This document shows, piece after piece, positions 35,730 through 49,404 of a stretch of DNA of 64,000 nt. This DNA comes from Hormiphora californensis (taxonomy: Eukaryota; Animalia; Ctenophora): assembly GCA_020137815.1 (NCBI GenBank), contig CM035353.1:3038001-3102000 (forward strand), read 5' to 3'. Position 1 is the first letter of the stretch; the number at the start of each line of letters is the position of its first letter. Below the pieces are notes generated by a model that did not search any database, had not been told where the DNA came from, and saw only the letters and a program-made list of their open reading frames with translations. The translations under genes were made by a program, and so were the position numbers.

Positions 35730-38700
35730 ATGGTGACACCACGATGTAATACACGGACTATTCTGAAATTCTCTGCCGTGACAGGTAACTTTTTACAAAG
35801 CAAATCCTTGAAGCAATAATAATAATAATAATATTCCGCGCTTATATACCGCCCATACCCGACAGAGACATGTCAAAATATTGACGATGTTCCGCCGAAT
35901 CATCAGAGCGGTATATCCTCGACTACTTATATGACACACTCGAACAGCTCTAGTCGAAAAACAATATATAGACGACTAAATAAACTTGACTTATAAAACT
36001 GAGGGAATAACTGGTCCCATAATCCTGTAGATATAAATTAAAACACACTATACTCACACCTGCTCGAAAAAAGGATACTAGGTAATGAATTAATAACATG
36101 GCTAGAGAGAGGATGACACTGATTGCCCGCAGGCCCCACAACTACAACAAACATTACAACTCAGCCATGGGTTCCCCATCACCCACTCCAAATGCACCAA
36201 CGAAGAGATGTGTTTTCAGCCGGGTTTTGAAAGTATCCACATTGGGGATTGACCTGAGCTCAAGAGGAAGCTCATTCCAGACAGAGGGCAGGAATACTGA
36301 TAACCTCCTACGTCTCAACTTAGAGTTGGCATTGATACTGGTCATCTTTGGATGTTTTAACCTATAGGGATCCGGAACATTAGTCATCCTCGTTGTCCTA
36401 GAGGTTCCCCAAGTCTCATCACGTGGCACCAAATCCTGGAGATAACACGGGGCTGTTCCATTGACTATTTTGTAGGCAATCAAACATGCTTTGAAGTCCA
36501 ACCTGTAGGAGATCGGTAAAATATGACATTGCCTGAAATACTCCATGTAGTTGTCCTGGTGTCCGTGGAGGTTAAATACAAAACGAACACAGGCATTGAG
36601 AAGCTTCTGGAGCCCACTGAGAACTCGACCAGGAAGTCCACAATACAGAATGTTACTGTAGTCTATCCTCGATAAAATCAACTGTTTGACCAACATTATC
36701 TTTGTTGGGATATCAAAACACCTGTGCAGTTGCCAAAGGTTTCGTAACATCAGTCCACACTGTTTCCTCACATTGTTAACCTGTCGTTCAAGGCCAAGGT
36801 TATGATCCAAGAGAATTCCCAGGGTTTTACCATCTGTTCCACTACATTCACTGGGGGAGATTTCCGTTCCTCCAAAGTTAATAACTGGATCAAAAGAGAC
36901 TTTGCTTAGAGAACTGCGCTTTCCAAGCAGGATGAATTCCGTTTTGGCCTCATTACACTTCAACCACTGCCCTACCATCCACCTCTTCACCTTCGCCAGA
37001 CACTCCTCAATATCCACCTTTGCCTCAACCCAGCCAGCAGCATCCGTAGGAACCAGACTCACGTAGAGCTGGGAATCATCTGCATATAACTTTATCCGGA
37101 GTCCATATGGCTCCACAATATCTTGTACAGCCTCGATGTAGAGTAGGAACAAAATAGGACCAAGGAGGGACCCTTGAGGGACTCCACAAAGTAAAGCAAG
37201 GGTTTCCGAAAGGCAATCACCGACCGAAACTCTAAAAGATCTGGAACTCAAATAGCTTTTAAACCATCGGAGAGGTTCACCATCCACTCCAAACCGTTTC
37301 TGCAACACCTCCAACAACTTTCCATGGTCAACCGTATCAAAAGCAGCACTCATATCTAGACAGATAAGAGCTACTACGTTTCCTTTATCCATTTCCCCTA
37401 GAATGTCATCGAACATGCTTGCCAATAGCGTTTCACAACTGTGACCAACACGATAGCCAGACTGATGTTTGCCCAAAAGAGAGTTGCGATCCAGGTAGTC
37501 ATTGAGTTGCGTGAGAACTACCTTCTCAAGAAGCTTAGACAGAAATGGGATGTTCGAAACAGGACGATAGTTGCTGAGAGCTTCACGATCTCCATACATA
37601 TTCTTGATGGTAGGAAAGACAAGTGCCTCCTGGAGAGATTCTGCGACCGAAGACTGATGTAGAGACTGATTGACTATTGATGTTAATGCAGGAGCCAGAT
37701 CACTTATACACTCCTTTACCACCCAAGTGGGCAACGGGTCCAGGTCACAGTGCTTGCTGGACATCGATTTCACTAATGAAACAAGTTCCTCCTCAGATAT
37801 CTCTTTGAATTCATTCCATGTTGTATGACAGGATTTTCCAGATTCCACAAAATCGCCAGCCTGCTGCTGCTCCTCATTGACTTGGGTCCGAATTTTGGTC
37901 ACCTTTGAACTAAAGAACTTTGAAAAATCATCAGCCAGGTTCTTGTTGTTGGTAGTCTCAGGAAGAATAGTTTCCGCTTTTCCCAGGAGTTTCTGTAACT
38001 TTCTTTGTAGCTTCTTCGGGTCCCCTTTTGCCGCATCCAAGTCCTCTTTAACAAAAGCTGCTCTCTTTTCCTTGTCCATGTTTCCATAGAGCTTCTTCAA
38101 ATCATTGAATCTCCGTTTCGCTTCCTCAGTTCCATGCTTCCTCCAGTATCGTTCCGCACTCCTCCTCTTACGTAGTATTCCTCTTAGTTCCTCATCTCTC
38201 CACGGTTTAAACTTTTTCCCTGTCCTCACCCGTTTCCTCGGAACTCGCCTTTCCACTACACTTTCCAACCAACGATAGAAGTTTACAATACTCTCCTCTG
38301 GATCCCGGCCTGGTTCAAATTCCGCTTTCTGGAGGTCCTCTCTGAATCCTTCCTTGTCCATTGACTTGTAGTCCATGTATTCTCGAAACATTGATTTCCG
38401 CATACAAGAGTTTGACAGGTCCTGTCTCACTTCAAGCCCAAACTGTACCAGGAAGTGGTCCGAAGTAGTACCATTAGGACAAATTGTTAAATCTCCTAGA
38501 TTGGTTTCCCTTGTAGTTATCACCAGGTCTAAGGTTCCACCAAGTTGGTGAGTAGGCAATAGTGGTACTCTTTGCTGAAGGTCAAATGAATCTAGAAGCT
38601 CCAATAGTTTCCTCGAGTAGAAGTTGTTTCTTGTCCTGCACCTGAAAGTTCAGATCCCCTGCTATAATGGAGTACCTTGCTTCATAACAAGTTCTGAAAG

Positions 38701-41531
38701 ATAGTCTCCGAACTCAGATAGGAATGTAGCCTCTGTGAGTCTTGACTTAGTTGTGTATGGTGGACGATAAACATTACAGAGTCTCTTTGGTTGATCTCTG
38801 TCACTGATGAGAACCTCCTGCACTTGAAAAGACTTAAACTTTGTCCTTCACTGGGCACTGTCGAAGGACTATACCGTCCCGAAAAAGAATTCCTATTCCT
38901 CCACCTCCTCTGTCTCCTCGTGGACATGATAAAATATCCCATCCATTATCCCTAATCTCCTGGAGTTTCCCAGTATCCGTAGACTTCAAAAAGGTTTCCT
39001 GTACGAGACAGATATCACAATCCTCTTCTTCCAGATGAGAAATAACACCTCCAGTTTTATTAACAAGAGAGCGAACATTTAGTGTCCCAATCTTCCAAGT
39101 CTTTTCCTGAGTAGTTCCTCTTTGGTCCTCGTCCAGTACATGTTTTTTTCCTCTTTGCTCACACCTGAAGTCCTCTCCATTAGCCGTGCTCGCTCGTTAA
39201 TGTACGAAGGGCACCACATACTTGAAGCCGTGTGGGTCTTCGCATACTTCTTGTCCTCTCGTGATCCTCCAACTTCACAATTCACACACTTCATCTTGCC
39301 TGTTTCATTGTTCTTCTTCGCTCTACAATCCTTCGTCTGATGTGTGCCAGCACAAAAGCAGCATACAGGATCATCCTTCTGAGGGCAATATACAGAGCCC
39401 GCCATGTGACCAAATCCTTGGCAGTGATAACATTGAATCACATGATACCTGTTTTTGACAAAATGTTGCCGAAGACCCAAGTTAAGTCTATCCCCACTGC
39501 TAGACAAAAGCCGCCGGATCTCTGGAGCCATCTGGATCACTGCATACCTGTCTCTTTCGTTCACAAACACCACTTTTAACTTCTTATCCTCATGATACAG
39601 CTTCCTGATATCCTCATTCTTGTCCAAGATCGCCGCCAGGATAGCTTCCTTTTCAAGTAGGTCGGGGCCCAAGTCATTTATCGTCACCTTTGGTTCAAGC
39701 TTCTTGGTTTCCTCTGAGAAAAATGACACTGAACAATCCTGTGCAAGAGGAGTCAGTACTTTCTCTGCTTCCTTCATCTGGTCCTCATTAGGGAAGTATA
39801 ATCGGGTATGGTCACTGTTTACTCTGGATCTCACTACCGGTATAGTCTTCAAAGCACTTTCCACCTTTGGTTTGACCACATTCTTCCACTTATCAGCACA
39901 GAACGCTGATTCTCCTTCTCCGCTGTTCCCAGTGGTAGTGTTTCATCGTAGGTGTAACCGGTTCCTCAGGCTCACCATTACCAACATCATCTTTCCCTTT
40001 CTCCACAGGTTTTACTAGTGCAGAGATGGTTGAGACCAGATCTTTGTGTAACTTTGCAAACGATTCTCTCAGATCAGCTTGGTCTCCAGGAACAGAAAAC
40101 GGTGCCGTCGCCGGAAGCATTTTGTAGCAGGCTTTGAGAAGGTGCCACAACTGAGGTTTATGGACAGACGACGGACAAACAGCGTCACCTCTCTCTAGAC
40201 ACACTAACAAATCACTACCCTTATAATCATTACTAAATACTTCTCCTGCTAACACGTCTTCAAAATCACTCTTAGTGATACATATGTCATAATTACTCGT
40301 AACGGTCATCCTAAAACACCCGTTGCACGCCGGCCAACAACAAACTCTTCACTGATATCAGTTTTCAAGAGTTGTGACTTTATTTTCACATAGTGTTGTC
40401 TAACTGCAGTATCTCTTCAGTGATATTATTGCTACTGTACACCAGAGAATACTTCCCGGCTGCTTATAATGTCATCAACATAAGTCAGCCTGATGAAAAC
40501 CATACACACTCCACCAGCGTTCTTACCCAACACAAACCCATACAAGCACAAGATGCTGAAGCAGAAAAGATGCTGGAAGCAGAAATGATGGTGGAAGCAG
40601 AAACGATGGTGGAAGCACGCATGAACACAATCCGGGAGACGTGTGCTCGATTAGAGTACCCTGATTTTGACATGTGTAACCTGTACGTCATGCCCAAGGC
40701 TAACGTAACCTGGGTACCAGTTTTCAAGGCAGGTAGTACTACCTGGAAGAAGTTCTTCATCGATCTAGAGCTATCTCCCGACCACATTGAACCGGATGAA
40801 GATCCTTATCATCTGAACTATCTGGTACCCTTCCGAGTAGATTGCGGGGATGCAGAGGAGAGGACTGATCAAAACATGACATTTGAAAGGAGGATCTTCG
40901 ACATGGAACCAGAGGATAATCTCCGGTTCACGGTGGTCCGGCACCCCATGGCTCGGCTGGTATCACACTACCAATACCAAAAACAATCCGATAGAGGTGG
41001 TATATATGTGGGATACTTGGGTTGGTGAGGCCATTACGATACCCAGATCCAAACAATACCAACTGACAGAGAACCAGACACAAACGTTTCTTAATGAGGT
41101 CTCAGATGCAGTGAAATATGCAGTGAAATATCATGATAATGACTACTCCTTTGAACCATCGGCAGAGAACCCATTTTTAAACCCACCTTATCCATATTTC
41201 TCCGAGATGATCAACTTTATTCTCCAGCACAATGAGTCAACTAATGGACACTGGGTTCCCGCCGCAATATGGACAGATGTGTGTCAGAATGGTTTAGATT
41301 ATGTAATCAAGTTGGAGAACGAAAGTATTGAGGCCCCGTACCTTTTGGAAAAACTAAACCTCACTAGCCACTACCGAACTGTACAAATCTAAAGAAAACA
41401 AATCTGGAAATTCCTCTGCGTCTGAGGCAGATATAAAGAGATTGCTGGGAACCCTGACCCTCGACCAAAGAACTGCCTTGAATGAATATTACTCACTGGA
41501 CTACCAGCTGTTTGGATATGAACCCATTTGA
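35730..41531 (+). CDS. Golgi carbohydrate sulfotransferase (CHST / Sulfotransfer_2 family), 2 exons, two frameshifts
   Basis: Exon 1 35730-35784 (MVTPRCNTRTILKFSAVT) joins in phase to exon 2 at 40394; motifs VPVFKAGSTTWK (5'-PSB), VVRHPMARLVSHY (3'-PB), NGHWVP, DYVIKLE, YSLDYQLFGY; frameshifts near 41000 and 41375. Confidence 0.8.
36154..39100 (-). CDS. LINE ORF2: APE endonuclease + reverse transcriptase (endonuclease part frameshifted)
   Basis: IGTLNVRSLVNK, CLVQETFL, TLDLVIT, SDH, NYRPVSN, DMSAAFDTVDH, GVPQGSLLGP, YADD. Confidence 0.93.
39079..40309 (-). CDS. LINE ORF1 with three zinc knuckles (frameshift near 39900-39940)
   Basis: CYHCQGFGH..C, CCFCAGTH..C, CVNC..H..C. Confidence 0.85.
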
Positions 41532-41572
41532 AAGTTTTCTTTGATGATTAAATCATCATGATTCTCTGTGAT

Positions 41573-41638
41573 TTAATACCCTTTGACCCTTGAAACGACT
41601 TCATAGTATGATGTCGTTTCAAGGGTCAAAGGTATTAA
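41573..41638. mobile_element. TTAA-flanked ~60-bp hairpin (piggyBac-like mini element)
   Basis: TTAA TACCCTTTGACCCTTGAAACGAC ... GTCGTTTCAAGGGTCAAAGGTA TTAA. Confidence 0.55.
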
Positions 41639-42809
41639 ATTACCTATTGATAAATGTTAGATTCAGACAAGTCCAAGCTTTCGCAAAGACGGTGTTGTTA
41701 ATAGTATGCAACATTTATTCTATGAATTACAGATTGTAAAAATTCTTATTTTTTCCTTTTCAGTTCATATTCACTTTTTATGCCTTTGTACAATTCACAA
41801 ATAATACCTAAAATAGAGAATATAGACAGGTTTGCTAAACGCCTTCTTATTTATCATCTTTTATATCATCTTTCTCATACTAGGGTGATCCATAATGATT
41901 GTCACTTGGGATTTTCACCAAGAAATACTTGTCAGAATGATTTGAGACTTGTTTTATCCGATTCAGGATACTTATCCCCTTATTTGAGGGTCAATTTCTA
42001 AAATTTTTTCTTCGGATTATACATGTTGGTCTGAGAAGCGTCTCACTTACCCCTTTTCGGGCTCCCATGGCCAGCAAATATTTTAAAATATCTGAAACCT
42101 TCACTAACCGGTAGCGACAGTACCATTTTAACAGAAAAGCAAGCGTTTTTTGTTGTCAGGTAAGGCTTATTTGGTGGAAATGCCAAAATATTTATAAAGT
42201 TGTGTACACAGGGGGATCCGACCAATTTTGTGTCCGTTTGTCTACAGCTGGTGTCAGGTTTTTTTTCTGGACAAAAAAAAACAAAATTCGAATAAATTTT
42301 ACTATTGTGACAAGTGAAACAAAATATTTTACGGCATTTTTATCTTCATCAGTAACTTTTACTGAAAGCCCAATAAAAGTTCCCTTTTTTTAACCTTTTG
42401 GTGACCCGCTCGTGATCATGGCAGAATCTATATCAATTTTTTAACAACCCCTTCACAACACACGCAGTGAAACTATCAATGAAACTATCAAACTATAAAT
42501 CGGGGTGTCCACTAAATCGGGGTCAAATACTGTTAATTTCCTATATATCGGGGGAAGATTATTCTGCCACTAAATCGGGGTGCCACTGAATCGGGGCCAC
42601 TAAATCGGGGTCCGACTGTATTTTGGCCCATTTTCACTAAACATTTCAGATTTTTGAATTTTCCGATTAGCTATGTCATTTGATCTCTATCTCGAATCGT
42701 GAATGGATATGTGGCGACTAATCGGGGTGATAGTGGTGGGGAATCACATATCATCCGTCCTAAGAGCCCATAGTAACGATACATGACCTTTTCCAACTAA
42801 GATTACCTA

Positions 42810-42942
42810 CAACTATGGCTCAGATCACATTTCTATGAGCCATAGTTGTATGCATCTATGGCTCATAGAATCTATGAGCCATAGTTGCATGCATCTATGG
42901 CTCATAGATTCTATGAGCCATAGTTGCATGAGCCATAGTTGT
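42810..42942. repeat. Tandem palindromic repeat (CTATGGCTCATAG / CTATGAGCCATAG)
   Basis: ~39-bp period, direct inspection. Confidence 0.8.
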
Positions 42943-43099
42943 AGGTCACCTCCAACTAATCGAGTGATTGGGCAGAGTGGTAGAAAATCACACAGATACC
43001 CGCCCGAACCATCGAGTATACCATTAGAGATCACGATACGTGATCTCTAAGTCTAATGAGGTAAGCGGTAAAGGTTGGCCCTTTTCCTGAGAATTTTTA

Positions 43100-44060
43100 A
43101 CGGTTTTGCCTATAACTTAGCCATTTCTTGACCAATTTGCAAAAATTAATAAAATTTACCATGGAAACTTCATCAAAGGAACTCCCTTTCCTTGATGTCA
43201 TGGTTAGATTGAAACCAGACATTTACAACTCCTCAATTAAAGTAACAACATATCTCTATAACAGCAAACCCACTGACAGCTATAGCACTTCAAATCGTGT
43301 GCTCCTAGGCACTTGAAACGAAATATATACCTTACTGCATAGCACGGAGGATCACAACAATTGTGTCAAACCAGGAACAGAGGAAATACTTGTGGAACTT
43401 CAACACAAACTCCGGAGAAGAGGATACCCGGCACAGCTAATTGGAGACGCCCTGAAAAAAGCCACTACTCTGGATAGAAAGGAGCTCCTAAAAGTTATAA
43501 AAAGATACCCCATCCAAGGACCAGGTGATCTTCATCAGCATATATAATCCAACACGGGCCGATCCAGTCGAGAAACTTAGAGAAGCATGTGCCGGCCTAA
43601 AATACACTATTGCGGACATGCCAGATAAAATAGTCGCTGCAAGAAAACAAACACCAAACCTAAAGAGGATACTATCCTTTTCAAAAAAGGGACCAAAGTT
43701 TGGAAACTGGGAGGACAGAAACAAACAGAACTACAGGACTCGGAAAACGTTCAATCCCATGTAATGATAAGAGATGTCAAACCTGTCCGGCATGTATCAC
43801 TGAAGGCACCTAAAAAACACAAAATGGGACTGTCCTTGGGAGGAAACAAACCATGTGCTGCAAATCCAAGGACCTTCTAGCATGTAATGGATATCGGGGA
43901 AACAGGAAACAGCCTAAGCAACCGAATGAATCTCCACCGTTCACACATAGGAAGTATGACCAACGGAAAGCTCCGTGCATCAAAACACGCATAAGAGAAT
44001 GTGCCACAGGTCATAAACGAAAAGTTTAAATTTTTCCCTATGCAACCCTGAAGATTCAAA
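43100..44060 (+). mobile_element. Decayed Penelope-like retroelement (RT C-terminus + GIY-YIG region)
   Basis: IKFTMETSSKELPFLDVMV, KPTDS, RRGYP, FISIYNP, IGETG..RMNLHRS fragments across frameshifts. Confidence 0.75.
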
Positions 44061-45259
44061 TTCGATTTAATGAAACTATAGTTGGTTAAACTCCCGATCT
44101 TTTCACTTTGTCGTACATTTCACCTGGACCCGTACCTACACCTAATATGTATGTACACCGATGTACATAATATTTATGCATACATAAAAATATCATTTTT
44201 TAAATCGTGAACCGGACTAATATAGTATGTATTATCCTCTAGGCTCTAACTGATAATTTCCCATACAGGTCATTCATGACATCCACTCACGAGCCTCATG
44301 ACGCGTGTAAGGGGTCGTCCACTGAGATTTTAAAAATCGGGGTACTGGACACCATTCATTCACACCGGACTGAGTCTAACCCTAGTAGGACAGGCGGCAC
44401 AAACCTCATGGATCCACATGCAAGGTGTCATCCGGGTTGAATAACACACAAAAGTACCCGGCTGAGCCTAAACCTAAAAAGCCCAGTAGGCCTAGAGCTT
44501 CCGAAGTCGCGTATGACCTGAAAAAAAGGTACTGGGAAGAAATCCACGGAAATCCAAGGAAAAGAAAAAAGGCCATTAATTGGTGAACAAACGAAAAAGG
44601 AGGAGTAGCTTCAATTCCCGCTGACGCCAAAATTTTTAAACTTTTTTAAAACGTTTTTAAAACAAAGTCCGTGATTTTCGCTAAATTCGCAGCCCCCTAT
44701 CTGAGTATGATGCTGTGTTGTAACCCCTGCAATAAAGAACTCTAGCTGCAGTTCTACTGCAGTAGAACTAGAAGGCAGCGTACGCAACGCAATTTATAAT
44801 ATCGTTAATTAATATTGGTATCGGAAAAACGGTTTCTTAGAAATCGAATAAAAATAATCGAAACCGTTCGATTCTTTACTGAATCAGTACTATAAAAAGT
44901 AAAATTGCTCTTGGTGCCGCACTTACCCGCAAAATTCAGTGGGTTCGTTATTGTATTTGCTTTTCTTTTTTGTGATTCTAGTATAACGGCTTTATCAGAG
45001 TCCCTAAAAACTGCGAAGTAAGACCTGACTAAGGGTTGCAAAATGTTACTCGTAGTTATTTTGACCCTGCTAAACCTCCAAGGTAATATTTAAAAAAAAA
45101 CAACACGTCACCCAGGACGGGAGCTTCATTGCAACCACCCATTTATACTGGCTAATTCTCCGCACTAGCCAGCGTCCTTGTAGAAGAAGCAGCTTAGATA
45201 GAGATACAGAGCTCTTATATATTCCCTGTGCAGGTGGGAACAGTGGAACGCATCCCGAG

Positions 45260-47594
45260 ATGATATTGGACCTCAAGAAAACGTTTTCATATGCTCTTGA
45301 ACAGCAATTTGTCCCGATCCATCGGAATTACTACAAGTGTGGTCACATGACAAGCTTCGCGAGTACCAAAGATCTAAAACTGGCAACTACGGGATATAAT
45401 ACCCACCTCAAATGTCCTTTCCAACCCCACGAAATGACGACTTGTAGGCACTTCCACGGTCCACTCTTTTTTACCACCCAAGGGAAAGTAGATGAGTGTA
45501 TGTTACACACACAATGGAGTTGTGTTATTGATGATGACCTTTGGTGTAACGGTTTCTCCCAATGTCTATGGGATGAATGTGACTGCCCTGGAAGGGACGA
45601 TAACGCCGTTTTTACCTGCCCGGGGGGTCATGGTTGTGTGACTTTCACCCACGTGTGTGATGGACAGGTTGACTGTCCGGGGGGCGAGGATGAGAGGGCA
45701 TGTACGGGTGCTGTCCTAGAAATGTGTTGGTCCCAATTGGCTGTTTACAATGAAATATACACTAACTACAACTCCCGGAAATGGTGCGAGCAGTATGTGA
45801 ATGATCCCGAATGGGAGTGCACACGAGACATCAGTGGTCCCGAGCTCAAGTGCATTGGAGTTAACACTGATATAACTTCATCACGGGACCCCAATATTGA
45901 GTGCCTTATCTTCTTGATCCTTCCTCATGAACCCGGACGCAAATCAAGATTATCCGCTAGTGATTTGTGATGATAACGTGTAGAGGTGAGTAGGAAACTG
46001 CACGAGGGTGATACGACATGGGGGTCTCCCTGCATACAGGTGCCAAGGTAGTAAGGAAGTTATCGCAATGGACCATCTTTGTGATGGAGAGTATAACTGC
46101 CCCATGAAAGATGATGAAAAAATGTGTTCTGAAATGTTCTACTGCGAGGAAAAGGTACCTCCTATGTCAATTTACAATACACATGCGACGGGAAATGGGA
46201 CTGTACTAATGGGGCGGATGAGTGCTTGGAAGCTTGCATGCCGGGTCAAACGTCGGACGTGAAAAACTTGCTAAAGCCGGGAATAAGATACACCCTTCTT
46301 TCCATCTTCATCCTTCTCCTATCTCCATTTCAGTCTTCTTCCGTAGGTTCACAGGCCTCTGGCAGATGTTAGAACCACAGAGACTGGAACGATATCTTCC
46401 CCAATTCCTCCTGATCCTGTACAGCTGCTGCATGGCTGGCTACATTCTCATTGTCCTGTGCATGGACCTACATTACCAAGGCTCATTCTGCATATACTAC
46501 ATTACATGGCGAGCAAGCATCCTTTGTCAGGTTCTAGGTGTTATTTTCTCCTTCTCAGCACACGGCTCCTTTCTCGTCATCATTCAAATGAGTTTTGGAT
46601 AGTCTTCGGAATATGATATGGTGCACAACTGATTACCAAATCAGATATTTCACAACTGATTACCAAATCAGATATTTCACTGCTGCCGCCCATGTCTTTG
46701 GAAGTCTGGTCCTTGCGGTGGTGCCTCTCAAGGGTCTGGGAATATTTTCAACAGATATTCACTTTCCACAGGCAATCCCATTTAAAACCACCCCGGGTGC
46801 CGCCAATGCATCTGGTATTAAGAGTATTTTCCGGGTACTAAATGGATCCGATACTATAGCAACTGAGGGCGTAGGTGATGCAAGTGATAACATACCCTAA
46901 TGACATGATCGAGTTCTTGAAAAATACAACCAACACCCCAGAAATATACGAACACGTCACGATAGGATACTACGGGAGGATTATGCCCCTCTGTGTCGGT
47001 GACATCTTCAGTCCGATGCATGAGGGGACGGTGGGAAAATCCTCTATGGGCTGGCTATCTTGTTGGCACTGTTAGCTCTAGTTGGTAATCTAGTCTTCCA
47101 CCTTGTGGTTACCATAGCAGGGCTAAATGATCGTAATGCTAACCAATAGGCAGGCCCCAATGCAGCAGCAACTGCCTCAAATCGCACACAACTGCCTCAA
47201 ATCGCAAACAGCCGGGCCCACAAATCGCACAACACAGCCGGGCCCTCAAATCGCACAACAACAGCCGGGCCACAAATCACACAACAACAGCCCAAATCGC
47301 ACACAACAGCCGGGCCCTCAAATCGCACAACAACAGCCGGCCCCCCAAATCGCACAACAACAGCCGGGCCCTCAAATCGCACAACAGCCCGGTATTCCAC
47401 AACAGCAGCCCGGTATTCCACAACATCCTGCCTCAACTAGTTCCAGCCAACAAGCCATGCCAATACATTTTATCGCTGCCAGTAAAGCTTTGGCTTGGAT
47501 AGTTGTTGCCACGAGTATTTTAAATCCAAATCTCGCTCTTTTGGAGACTGCGGATGAGGGTGTTATGGTTTGGCCTGTTTTGGTTCCCTCGTAG
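45260..47594 (+). pseudogene. Divergent LDLa-GPCR, multiply frameshifted (pseudogene or sequencing errors)
   Basis: LDLa VCDGQVDCPGGEDE, LCDGEYNCPMKDDE; TM2-3 CMAGYILIVLCMD..WRASILCQVLGVIFSFS; ECL2 IGYYG..LC; Gln-rich repeat 47160-47425. Confidence 0.75.
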
Positions 47595-48259
47595 TTACCA
47601 GCACGATTGATGCAATTGTGATAGCTGCCACGGGCATGGTATCTAACAGTAGCGAATAGCTGAACCACGTGCACACCAAAGAGTTAGAACTATCCCAGGA
47701 TAAGAGTCCAAGACAGTTATATTACAGAGCAAGCGCTGTGTTAGTTAGACTATGCTGAGGCTCCATACGGGTACATCGGAGCTAAGGAGCTGTTAGGATA
47801 ATTTGTGGATGGATTCTACTTTATGACTATCCGATTATTGATGAAGTTTTGGCTGATATGTACATGTATTTCGGAGTCTTTTGGCTGTTTTAATTGAGTT
47901 TATGGATGCATTACATTTCCTTTATGATTGAGCTTTCATTTTATCTTTCTCTTTATGCTCAGTGGATAAGGGGATGTGGGGTTTCCCCTCCCAAAAGTAA
48001 TTGGTTGAGGGAGTGGAAAAGGTTTTCCATGATACGTGTGATGATCTGTCGCGGAATGGCTAGACTGTCGACTTGTGGTATTTGTATACGGTTTAGTTTT
48101 TTGTTCAGTTTGATCTAACCATTTGTCTTGTGTGGTGTTTACTAAACATTTACTAAACAATGTTTAGAGAGGAATGAGCCTTTTGAACTGAATTCTTCTT
48201 TGTTGGCATTGCCACCGCCCCAAAAGCTGACGTGTGTTCCTTGTCAATATGTATTTTCT

Positions 48260-48384
48260 ATTCATCTTGATTCATTTTTATTCATCTTGATTCATATTGA
48301 TTCATCTTTACTCATCTTGATTCATATTGATTCATCTTTACTCATCTTTACTCATCTTTATTCATCTTTATTCATCTTTATTAA
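48260..48384. repeat. (TTCATCTTTA)n minisatellite, continues at 56281-56365
   Basis: Same 10-bp unit on both sides of the Kolobok element. Confidence 0.9.
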
Positions 48385-49404
48385 GGCCAGAGGGGGGGGG
48401 GGTCCGGGGGTATAAAAAGTCACTTTCACAATCTGGTCCGGCTCTTCGAGCCGGACCAGATAAGATACTCAGAATAGATTCCGGGGGCACCGTCTAGGAG
48501 AAAATTGAGGTTAACTTTTGGCCCAAATCTAGTGTTAACCTCATTTATTCATGAACCGTAACAGTTGAGAAGCTAAATTTAGCACTAAATGATAGATCTA
48601 GTTACAAGGTCAGCTCAAACGAAGTTTCAGACCTCTAAACCTAATGGCTGGAAAGAAATCTGAGGTTAACTTGATCCTCAAAAACTATGTTTTTCTTGAA
48701 TATCTCGGGTGAAATTTGGGCCAGTAATACCCCTTTCATTTGGGAACCACTCACCCGTTAACCTCACCGTTTGGCAGGGATGTTCCTAGGATGGTCCTCT
48801 ACAAAAGTGATGTAGCGATTTTTGATATCTGTCCTCGTTCGAAAACTATGAGGTTAACAATAGATGCCGGTCGGCTAAAAATGCATTGTTAACCTCATAA
48901 TTTTTGATCAGGGACAGATATCAAAAATCGCTACATCACTTTTGTAGAGGACCATCCTAGGAACATCCCTGCCAAACGGTGAGGTTAACGGGTGAGTGGT
49001 TCCCAAATGAAAGGGGTATGACTGGCCCAAAAAGCAAGCTGAGAAAGGTGTGAAAAACTAATTAATTTTGACTGTCAAAACTTGCCCAGACACCTAACAT
49101 GCCCTTCATAAGCAGAAACAGGCTCAAACTTGTCACAATAATAGTTCAGTGTTTTTATTTTTGTGTTTACATTATCATGTACGAAATCTCGGATTTTTAG
49201 TATCGATATTTTGAGGTTAACATTTTGCCCTAAAACCGGAAATAGTATCTCATTATGATAGAGTTTGGGTATGTGCTGTGAGTTGTTATTTTGGATACCT
49301 TATTATTCATGTAGCAGATCAGTCCATTGTGGAACTTATTAAAGACAACAATTTATGAGGTTAACTTAAAAAAATAGTAAATGGAACACTAAACATTATT
49401 AAAA

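Larger units (their letters stand above)
35815..40340 (-). mobile_element. Near full-length CR1/L2-group LINE in sulfotransferase intron 1
   Basis: ORF1 and ORF2 present; 3' (TAT)n tail at 35815-35833; 5' boundary approximate. Confidence 0.9.

Noticed and set aside
39074-39081. Stop-start translational coupling (TAA ATG) for LINE ORF2
   Set aside because: That ATG is in the ORF1 frame, not the endonuclease frame
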